NCBI GenBank assembly: GCA_002779075.1
Contig: PEXK01000040.1
Location: 1 to 31,846 of the forward strand
Direction: 5' to 3'
Source of the DNA: Candidatus Diapherotrites archaeon CG08_land_8_20_14_0_20_30_16
GTDB lineage: Archaea > Iainarchaeota > Iainarchaeia > Iainarchaeales > 0-14-0-20-30-16
Length of the DNA stretch: 31,846 bases
Numbering within the stretch: the first letter of the stretch is position 1; the number at the start of each line of letters is the position of its first letter. This document shows, in pieces, positions 16,925-25,500 of this stretch. A program made the position numbers and the translations under genes. The notes beneath the pieces are model-generated. The model ran no database searches and had not been told where the DNA came from. It saw only the letters and a list, made by a program, of their open reading frames with translations.

Positions 16925-17527
16925 TTAATTTGTTTGTGTTTGATATGTTGATTTATATTTAAAGATTAATGTTTCAAATTTTTTGATGATTGGTGTCTTT
17001 TCTGAAACTATGTTGTACCATTCTAAAGATTGAATTTTTTTTGCTTCTGAAAAAATAGTATTTCTTAATGGTACAGATGAAACTTTGTTTTCTGAAAATA
17101 ATTCTTCTAATAAAGATAAAAATCTTTTTGTGTTTCCTTCGTCATCAACAATAAATGTTGAATTTATTACTTTATCTATTGCTTTTTTTGCTTGTAATTC
17201 AGAAATGTCTATATCATAAAGGGTATATGTCGCTGACCAGTTTCCTTTTTCTGTCCATTTGTGTGCCGGATTTTCTCCTGTTTTAAAAAAGTCCAATAAA
17301 GGAGTTAAACATTCCTTTGGAACTATAACCTCGTTTTTGCCTTTTTTAATATAAGGTGTTTTTGATAAAACTCCTGGCCTATGATAAATATATACTTTGC
17401 CAGATCCTTTGGTAACGTTTTGTGTATAACCATATATAGCCCTAAATATTTTTTGATAACCATAATCAGAATGATTATAATCCCCAATCATTTTTACTTT
17501 ATATTTTATCATATATGCTTTAGCCAT
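16925..17527 (-). CDS. Hypothetical protein (200 aa)
   Basis: Clean ATG ORF, convergent with the previous gene with only 2 nt between the stops. No motif I can assign. Confidence 0.45.
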   Translation of the reverse strand: MAKAYMIKYKVKMIGDYNHSDYGYQKIFRAIYGYTQNVTKGSGKVYIYHRPGVLSKTPYIKKGKNEVIVPKECLTPLLDFFKTGENPAHKWTEKGNWSATYTLYDIDISELQAKKAIDKVINSTFIVDDEGNTKRFLSLLEELFSENKVSSVPLRNTIFSEAKKIQSLEWYNIVSEKTPIIKKFETLIFKYKSTYQTQTN

Positions 17528-17670
17528 AACAAGATAAGTAGATAAAAATATATAAAGGTTATTATTATATCAGCATAACACCACTCAGGTACCCCTATAG
17601 TTCCTATATTAAAGTATAATAAAGAAAGAGAATTATGTAGTTCTAAAAAATAAAAAGAAAATATAGGATT

Positions 17671-17991
17671 TTACCTATATTTTACTAAAGCACCAGAACT
17701 TACTTTTGCAGGTTCTGTTCTTGTTTCTCTTATTGTATCTTTTCCTCTAGGATTTACTATTATGATATCCTTTACAGCTATTACTGTCTTATAAGGTATA
17801 CTTTTTTCAGTAATAATTTTCTTTGCCTCCTGTTTTGTTCTAACCTTTAAAGGAGCAGTGGTAATAGTTTCCATACTGCCATTTTCTAAATTTACAACAA
17901 TATCATAAACCTTTCCTTTATACTCACCAGATTGTGTGAATATATCTCTACCAAACAACTCAGATAATCTAAGCATTAACAATCCCCCCAT
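17671..17991 (-). CDS. PRC-barrel domain protein
   Basis: LSELFGRDIFTQSGEYKGKVYDIVVNLENGSMETI matches the PRC-barrel pattern (G..V....G..lG.v.d...d...g.i). An alternative ATG is at 17976. Confidence 0.7.
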   Translation of the reverse strand: MGGLLMLRLSELFGRDIFTQSGEYKGKVYDIVVNLENGSMETITTAPLKVRTKQEAKKIITEKSIPYKTVIAVKDIIIVNPRGKDTIRETRTEPAKVSSGALVKYR

Positions 17992-18193
17992 TTAAGAAAA
18001 CATCACAATTATATAAAATCCAACCCATTTATATACCTTTCCTTTTATCCTTTTTTCTTTGAAAACAAAAAATAGTAGAATAGAAGGGTGTCCCAAAGGG
18101 TTTGCCTCAAAGAAAGATTTAAATATCTTGCTGTTTTCTATAATCTATAAAATATTAAGTTCGAATATTTGTAAGAAGGACGAAGGTGATTAT

Positions 18194-18478
18194 ATGTATA
18201 AATATTCTATTGCAAAACAGTTAGCATCCAAAAGGGTAATCACCAACAGAGGGGACGAAGTTGGAAAAGTGTTAGATATCTTAGTGGACGAACTGTCAGG
18301 TACTTTGGAATATCTTCTAGTAGAGATAGATATTGATTCAAAAGTAACAAGAACATTAAAATTAGATCAGAAAAACAGAATAGTTAAAATACCTTATTCT
18401 GCAGTATCTGCTGTTAGTGATGTGTTTATTGTTGATGAAAAACAAATTATTATCGATAACGAAGAACTTATTCAATAA
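18194..18478 (+). CDS. PRC-barrel domain protein
   Basis: LASKRVITNRGDEVGKVLDILVDELSGTLEYLLVEI is a PRC-barrel pattern. ATG 18194 is preceded by GGTGAT (18185..18190). The ORF-track TTG start at 18059 adds 45 non-conserved-looking residues. Confidence 0.7.
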   Translation: MYKYSIAKQLASKRVITNRGDEVGKVLDILVDELSGTLEYLLVEIDIDSKVTRTLKLDQKNRIVKIPYSAVSAVSDVFIVDEKQIIIDNEELIQ

Positions 18479-19604
18479 GAAAAACAATCTTTTGTTTTTC
18501 TTTTTCTATTTTTTTTAATTTTATTTTTCTTCCTTTTTCATAGTCTTTTATCTCTTTTTCAATACTTTCAATATTCTTTTTTTCTTCTAATCCGTTTTTA
18601 ACAATTATTTTAATTTGATTCAAATAATCAAAGTTTTGGTAAATACAATCACCAATAATTTTATATTTTGCTGTTTTTTCATTCAGTTTTTCTTTTGCTC
18701 CTTTTTGTTGGTTTAAAGTATATTCAATATTTTGTTTTTCTTTTTCAAAATCTTTTTTATTTTTATTTTTGGACTGTAAAAATTCAGGTTTTAAGATCAA
18801 TTCTTCATATATTTGATTTAAATTATAATTTATTTCCTGCAAAAAGGGAAGATTTAAATTATAAAAAGTAACTTTCTTCTCCAGAATTATTATTTTTGTT
18901 TTTTCATAAAAAAGCAATGAAAATATTTTTTTAATTCCCACAACAACTTTTTTATAAGTCTTAAAATCAAATACGTTTTTGTCATTTTTTTCACTTTCTA
19001 AATATTTTTCAATTAGTATTGGACTTATGTTACAATTTTTAACAATATTTGACACCATATTTTTTTTAGAATTTATATCATCCTCTTTAGGAACATAAGA
19101 CAATACATTTTTTACATTTGTTGGAGGAATATATTTTTCTCCTCTTGCGATAGTTCTATCTTTCCACTTTTCTTTATATAAACAAAGAACAATCTTGTCA
19201 GAACCATCAGTTAAAATAATATTATTACTAGAAAAGAATTCAAAATATAGTTTGTAATCTTGAAAAATGAACAAAATAAGTTTTTCTAAATTTAGTTGGA
19301 GTATATTCATTATTTGTTTATTTTCTAAAATCCCATTCATTTCCTTTAAAAAGCCCTTAGTTTCACTAGTTTCAACAATAAGATTGGTAATTCCTGCAAA
19401 ACCACCACCAACAATTAAATCTTTATTTTCTTTGTCTTTCCTTATTCGTATTTTTATAAATAAGTTATCCGCATTTACTTTTTGTATCTTTTGTGGACGC
19501 CCAAACACCAATTCTTTTTTTAAAAACCATTCCAAATACATGAAATTTGTGTTATTAAATTCTATTTCTTTGCCTTTAAATTCCTCTAGATTTATATTAG
19601 ACAT
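18468..19604 (-). CDS. N-terminal half of an NFACT protein (Rqc2/NEMF/RqcH/FbpA family): NFACT-N domain plus first coiled-coil arm
   Basis: The NFACT-N signature runs FLKEMNGILENKQIMNILQLNLEKLILFIFQDYKLYFEFFSSNNIILTDGSDKIVLCLYKEKWKDRTIARGEKYIPP (compare the family pattern F..LRK.L.g..i..i.Q...dRi..f.f....L..ElF..GNiiL.d....I......R.i..g..Y.pP). A K/E-rich helical region follows. The ORF ends at 378 aa with no NFACT-R/DUF814 domain. Its start overlaps the HAD gene stop by 13 nt. Confidence 0.8.
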   Translation of the reverse strand: MSNINLEEFKGKEIEFNNTNFMYLEWFLKKELVFGRPQKIQKVNADNLFIKIRIRKDKENKDLIVGGGFAGITNLIVETSETKGFLKEMNGILENKQIMNILQLNLEKLILFIFQDYKLYFEFFSSNNIILTDGSDKIVLCLYKEKWKDRTIARGEKYIPPTNVKNVLSYVPKEDDINSKKNMVSNIVKNCNISPILIEKYLESEKNDKNVFDFKTYKKVVVGIKKIFSLLFYEKTKIIILEKKVTFYNLNLPFLQEINYNLNQIYEELILKPEFLQSKNKNKKDFEKEKQNIEYTLNQQKGAKEKLNEKTAKYKIIGDCIYQNFDYLNQIKIIVKNGLEEKKNIESIEKEIKDYEKGRKIKLKKIEKEKQKIVFLIE

Positions 19605-20197
19605 TTTAATTCCTTAAAATCTTTAATTATTGCATCAGGATTATATTTGATCAAATTATTTTTCGAATACAAAACATCTATCTTTCCAATGGTTTTTGTT
19701 TTTGCATTTTTGCCAAATAAAATATCATTAATATTATCTCCAATGTATATTATATTTTTTGGTCTTAATTTATATTGTTTAATAATTTTATTTAAACTTT
19801 CGGGATTTGGTTTTGGATGATTATAATCTTTTGGGGTAAGCACAAAATCAAACAAACACAAGCTATCTTTTAAAGTCAAAATTGCAACTCTTTGTATTGA
19901 ACTAGTAATAATTCCCAAAATATACTTCTTTTTTAATTTTTTTAACAAATCTTTTGTGTCTTGAGTTACTACTTCTCTTCTTTTGATTTCTTTTTGGTAT
20001 TTCTTTTCCCAAAGGTGATTGTACAACACAATTTTCCTTTCAGACAAATTAGGAAAAGCATTTTTGATTAAAATTTTTGAAGGCGGTCCGAAAAACTGCA
20101 CAAAGAACCTTTTTGGTTTGTGAAATAGTTTTGCAAACAAATCAAGTTCTATATTTGTGACATTTACTATTGTACCATCCATATCAAAAACAAGCAT
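19592..20197 (-). CDS. HAD-superfamily phosphatase (PGP/beta-PGM-like subfamily)
   Basis: Motif I FDMDGTIVN, motif II LGIITSS, motif III KPNP, motif IV GDNINDILFGKNA. ATG 20197 avoids the overlap with aRF1 that the ORF-track start at 20269 creates. Confidence 0.8.
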   Translation of the reverse strand: MLVFDMDGTIVNVTNIELDLFAKLFHKPKRFFVQFFGPPSKILIKNAFPNLSERKIVLYNHLWEKKYQKEIKRREVVTQDTKDLLKKLKKKYILGIITSSIQRVAILTLKDSLCLFDFVLTPKDYNHPKPNPESLNKIIKQYKLRPKNIIYIGDNINDILFGKNAKTKTIGKIDVLYSKNNLIKYNPDAIIKDFKELKCLI

Positions 20198-20231
20198 TTT
20201 TGTATCTTTCTTCAGCTTTGCCAAATTGTCT

Positions 20232-21443
20232 TTAATATCGTAGGATTGCACCAACACCACCAAAAGCATTATAAAATTGTTGACCTTCGCTTGTATCTCT
20301 AGATATAAACATAACTTCTGTACCTGTTTTTTTTGCTAATTCATAAAAATATTCGCCAGCATCCAATTCTTCAATTTCTTCTATATCTTTTGAATTACAG
20401 CTAGGACAAACAGAGGTGTCAGTATTTGCAAAGAAGCTTTTGTTACAGGAATTACATTCAAAGCTCGCTTGATCTATTTTTAGGTCTTCTGACACCAGAA
20501 CTTTGGACGCTCTACCTTCTTTTATTGCTTGTACAACTTCATTAAGCCCATAAGTCGCTAAGCTGGTTTTTACAACTTTTTCAAAAAAATTAGCAATCTC
20601 TTGTTTCTCTTTCACCAATTCGCTCTCTTTTAACATATCCTCTGACAAATCTATAATTTCTTTTATACCTGATTCATCTGTGTAGGTATTATCTAAAAAA
20701 CCAATAATTTTATCTTTTAATCTATAATCTAATAATCCTCTTTCTACCATTTTCTTTTTTGTCGATCCTGGGCCCCCAAAAACAAATCCCTTAAATTTGC
20801 CCTCTTGAACTAAAGGCACAAAAATTTCATTTATTTTTTCAGATATTCGCGTATAAAACTCTTGTGCTGCTTCTTCTCTTAAATGCTCGAACCGGGTAGC
20901 TGATTGTCCTCCCGCTTTAATCTTTCCTGGTACATTAGAATTTAACCTGGCAACGATTCTATATGCTTTACCTATCAAAGTAGCCAAGGTAGCTTCTCTA
21001 TTATCTATTGCAACAATACCATAAATATTGTTTGGAGCTAACATTTCTAACAGAGGGTCCAAATAAAAATCAGAATCACACCTATATAATTTTACCCTCA
21101 GATCTTTAACAGGAATAACATGAAACATTTGAATGTCTGTTCTTCCTTCAAATTCAGATACATTTCCACAAAACAATGCTAGACCTGTTTTTGGTATTGT
21201 GAAATCAGTAACTTTCAAATACTGAATCAATTTTCTTAAAGCGCCTTGGACATTCTTTCTTGTAATTGCAGATTTTATGTTTGAAGATTGACTTACTTCA
21301 TTTGTCAATTGATTCATAACTCCTGAGCGATCAGTATTGTTAGGGATATACAAAGATATTAACTCAGTATGTTTTCCTTTGTAATTTCGCAATTCTTTCA
21401 ACTTGCGCTTAAAAATCTCTGTTTCTGCATCCACAAAATTCAC
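20232..21443 (-). CDS. prf1: Peptide chain release factor aRF1
   Basis: NIKS stop-codon recognition motif (SSNIKSAITRKN). YxCxxxF motif (LYRCDSDFY). GGQ motif (KAGGQSATRFEHLREE). A Cys4 insertion sits in domain C (CNSCNK...CPSCNS). There is no ATG near the 5' end. Candidate starts are GTG 21443 or GTG 21434; the latter lies 5 nt after GGTGA. Confidence 0.92.
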   Translation of the reverse strand: MNFVDAETEIFKRKLKELRNYKGKHTELISLYIPNNTDRSGVMNQLTNEVSQSSNIKSAITRKNVQGALRKLIQYLKVTDFTIPKTGLALFCGNVSEFEGRTDIQMFHVIPVKDLRVKLYRCDSDFYLDPLLEMLAPNNIYGIVAIDNREATLATLIGKAYRIVARLNSNVPGKIKAGGQSATRFEHLREEAAQEFYTRISEKINEIFVPLVQEGKFKGFVFGGPGSTKKKMVERGLLDYRLKDKIIGFLDNTYTDESGIKEIIDLSEDMLKESELVKEKQEIANFFEKVVKTSLATYGLNEVVQAIKEGRASKVLVSEDLKIDQASFECNSCNKSFFANTDTSVCPSCNSKDIEEIEELDAGEYFYELAKKTGTEVMFISRDTSEGQQFYNAFGGVGAILRY

Positions 21444-21551
21444 CCAAGTATTTTTTTTGTATTAGCACAAAAAATAATAAAAATCAAATCTTTTAAGTAT
21501 ATAATTATTGGTTATGTTTTTAATCTCTCCTACTACTTTTAGATTTTTTTA

Positions 21552-22493
21552 TCAATAATGTCTCTTGCACAGAACTAAGAATTCAGAATAATTTATAATA
21601 GGAAAATAATAGTTTTTATAATCATCAAAAATTCTAGGGCAGGCGGTATTAATCAAGAAGTTTATGCCTAGGCCAATTAATTTATTGCTATTTATTTCAT
21701 TTCCATAAAGCAAAATAGGCTCTTTTTTTATTTTTTTTATTTTTTGTGCCAATTCTTGAGCAAGTTTTATTCTATTTTGTCCTAATTTTGAACTAACATA
21801 TATACCAATAACTTTAGCTTCTAAAAACAAAGCAGAATAATTAGGTTTTTTAATATCTTCGATCAATTCAAATTGCCCTTTAAAGTTGTACTTGTATGCT
21901 TTAGTGTTTTGTAGAGCATTAAAATGAAAGTTCCCATCTCCCAAATAAATAACAGTATATAATTTATTTATTATATTTTGAATTGATGAACAATCGCAAC
22001 CCAAAATTTGATTTGTTTTTAATCTATTTGTTTGTTTTCCCAAAATAATGTCCAGCTTTTTGTGTCTCTTTAATTCTTTTATAATCTTCAATATAAATTT
22101 CTCATATTGTATTGGTCCGACAATAGTAATTTTCTTTTTTGAAAAATATTTTTCAATATCTTTAACTATCTTTTCAATATCTTGAATGTCAAAAGAATAA
22201 TAACAAGGCCAATATATCACTCTTTCTTTAATTTTGTTCAAAACAAATTTGGTGTGGCCAAAATGAATAATTGCCTGACAATCTGCTTTTTTCAAATCAT
22301 TTTCATAAATATCGCATGCGCCAAAAGTAGTATCAATATTCAAAACAAATTCTTTTTTAGTATCTTTTAACTCGTCAACAATTTGTAGACATTTGTGCTT
22401 TAGGCCTTCGGGGAGTTCTAACATAAATCGCTTAGCCTTGTTTTTAATTAATATTTTTTTTAATTCATTTAGATTTAAATCTAGTTTTAACAT
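21552..22493 (-). CDS. dph2: Diphthamide synthesis protein Dph2 (2-(3-amino-3-carboxypropyl)histidine synthase)
   Basis: The N-terminus is typical (FMLELPEGLKHKCLQIVDELK). Three spaced Cys residues (GACDI, LGCDCS, NTACPR) fit the noncanonical radical-SAM 4Fe-4S ligands. Length 313 aa. Confidence 0.8.
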   Translation of the reverse strand: MLKLDLNLNELKKILIKNKAKRFMLELPEGLKHKCLQIVDELKDTKKEFVLNIDTTFGACDIYENDLKKADCQAIIHFGHTKFVLNKIKERVIYWPCYYSFDIQDIEKIVKDIEKYFSKKKITIVGPIQYEKFILKIIKELKRHKKLDIILGKQTNRLKTNQILGCDCSSIQNIINKLYTVIYLGDGNFHFNALQNTKAYKYNFKGQFELIEDIKKPNYSALFLEAKVIGIYVSSKLGQNRIKLAQELAQKIKKIKKEPILLYGNEINSNKLIGLGINFLINTACPRIFDDYKNYYFPIINYSEFLVLCKRHY

Positions 22494-22557
22494 AATATAT
22501 ATTGAGTTTTAAAAGTATAAATAGTTATTGTTTGTAAAAAATAGGAACGGAAAATGG

Positions 22558-25500
22558 TTATAATTTAGCCCTTTTCTTTAGGTTTGATGCTTTGATTTGG
22601 TCTAGTAGCATTTCTTTTTCTGTATTGTATACAACCTCTTTTATTTTGTCAACACTATCAATGTTTGCAGAAATAGAGTCTATGCCAATTTTAACTAATT
22701 CTTTAACCATTTCCGGGTTAGATCCTGCCTGGCCACAAATTGATGTTCTTACCTTCGCAGGCTTACAAAATGAAATAACGTGCGCAATTTGTTTCAATAT
22801 GCTTGGGTGTAGTTCAGTAAACCATTTTTGGATCTTTTCATTATTTCTATCCAATCCTAGAGTTAATTGAGTTAAATCATTTGTTCCAAAACTTACAAAA
22901 TCTATTTTTGCATCAATATAATCCTCAATTGTTAATGAACAACCAGGAGTTTCAACCATAATTCCAAAGAAACAATCTTTGTGAGGTTTCAATCCAACAC
23001 TTTCTGCAATCCTTTTTGCTTCTATATATTCTTTAACGTGCTGTGTAAAAGGAATCATAATGCCAATGTTTCTGTATCCCTTAGCAATAATATTTTTTAT
23101 TGCTCTGAATTGTGTTTTTAATATTTCTGGTTCATCAATATCTCTTCTTATGCCATGCCAACCTAGCATTGGATTGTCCTCTTTAGGTTCTGTTTCTCCA
23201 CCTTTCAAATTTCTATATTCGTCTGTTCGAGCATCAAAAGTTCTATAATAAACAGGTTTGTTTTTGAACAATTTCATAATTTTTTCTAATTCTGTTTCTA
23301 AAAGTTTTTGTAATTCTTTTGATTTTCCTTTATGAACCATATAATAAGGATGTTCTTTTGCAGCAGTTAAAATATGTTCTGCACGCATTAATCCAATACC
23401 ATCAGGATTTGTTTCAAATGCTCTTTGTGCAGCATCACTAAATGCTAAATTTACTTTTACTTTTGTTGTTGTTACAAAATCAAAAGATTTTAAATTCAAC
23501 TCATTATGTTTTTCAACAATATTGTCTTTATGAACAACTACTCCTTTGTAAATCTTTCCTTTATTTGCATCAACAGTAATAATTTCTTTGTCCCTTAACA
23601 CCTTTGTTGCAGTTTCTGTTCCAACAATGCAAGGAATTCCTAATTCACGAGAAACAATAGAAGCATGACAGGTTATTCCTCCTTCATCAGTAACAATAGC
23701 AATTGCTTTTTTCATTTGTGGTACCATATCAGGAGTTGTCATTTTAGTTACCATAACATCTCCTGTTTTTACTTTATCCAGTTCTTTAATCGAATGAACA
23801 ACAATTACAGGGCCTGATTTTATTCCAAAACTTGCACCTAACCCTGATAAAATTGCTTTTGCATCAATTGTTTCTGAACTTTTTTGTTTATTATCTGTAG
23901 TTAAAGTAGTTATAGGTCTTGATTGAACAACATATAATTTATTTTTTTCGATCGCCCATTCAATATCTTGTGGTTTATCATAATGTTTTTCAATTGCATT
24001 GCCGATTTTTGCATATTGCAGAACAACATTATCTGAGATTTTTTGCTTTGCTTGCAAAGCAATTGGTACATTCACTTTTTTTGTTGTTCCTTTTATATCT
24101 CGAATCAGTTTCCAAGATTGTTTGCTTATTATCTTTGATTTTATTTTCATTGTTTTTTTATCAATAATAAAAGTATCTGGTGTTACACTTCCCGAAACTA
24201 TAGCCTCTCCTAAGCCATAACAAGCTTCAATTACAATTTCTGATAGATTGTTGTTTGTAGGATTTGCAGTAAACATTATTCCTGAAATTTCTGAAGCTAC
24301 TTGTTTTTGAACAACAACTGCTAGTTTTACCTTTTCTATTGGAAAGCCTTGCTTGCGCCTATAAAATATAGCCCTTGGATTAAATAAAGAGGCCCAACAT
24401 TTTTTTACATTCTCCAGTAACTTTTCTTTACCCAAAATATTTAAATAAGTATCTTGTTGTCCCGCGAAACTCGCACTATTGTGGGTTATAATCCCTCCTA
24501 TTCCTGATGCGAAATTTTCTACTTCGGGGACAGTGAAATCATACACTTGCCCAGTGTATTGTACTTCTTCTATACTTTTGATTTTATCCCATCTTACACT
24601 TCCGGTAAAAAAATCTTTATAATCAGTTATTCCCAGTTGATTCATTTCTTTGGAAAAAGATTTCTGGCTGAGTGTTCCGCTAATTAAACCTTTGTTCCAA
24701 GGGATTTGATATTTTTTAAATTTTCCCATTATATCATAATAAACATATCGTTCTACCTCTTTACTAGGCAATTCTTGTTCATAATATGCACGGTGGCATG
24801 AATTGCAATAATATCTTTCTTTTTTCTTATATTTACTAGATTTATTTACAACTGCTTTACATTGTGGGCACAACCTAACTTTTATGGCTGTTTTTGGTAG
24901 GGTAGAATCATATTGTGCTTTAATTTTAGTTGTAAGCTCAGGGGTTATAGAAATACAATGCATAAATTCAGGATGGCTACTTTTTTGTTCTTGACTATTA
25001 ATTAATTTATTCAAGTTTTTTAATTTATTTTTATCAACAAACCCTATTAGATTTTTAAATTTTTCCCCTTCGCGGGCGGGAATAAGGATTCGGTAATGGT
25101 CATGCCATTTTAAATTTTTGCTTTTATATTTTTTAAGGGAAAATTCTATATTTAAAATTTCCAATAATTTTATAAGTCCCCCCGTTAACAATAAAGAAGT
25201 TGAAGAATATCCAATTCCATTTGGTTCTATTCCACCATCTTCATCAAAAGCGCCTTTAAGAAATTCTCCAATTAGTTCTTTTTTCCAACCAAATACAAAC
25301 TCTGGCACCCTCTTTACTAAACTTAATTTGCCTTTCCCTTTTTGTTTAAGAGGCACCCCAGCAACAGTATGTAAGAATTTAACTAAGGCTTTACAATATA
25401 CTTGCAAACTATATTTATTGATTTTTACATTTGTGTTTATGCCTAAGTGTTTAATGAATTTTATTGATTTGCTTCTTATTTTTGAATTTGAGTTAGTAAT

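Noticed and set aside
18059-18193. 45-codon N-terminal extension of the second PRC-barrel gene, plus similar TTG/GTG extensions at 5776, 7385, 11725, 20269 and 27299
   Set aside because: The extensions begin at TTG or GTG, add non-conserved-looking residues and often overlap the neighbouring gene. Internal ATGs with GGTGA-type SD motifs, or with TATA spacing consistent with a leaderless mRNA, fit family N-termini better.
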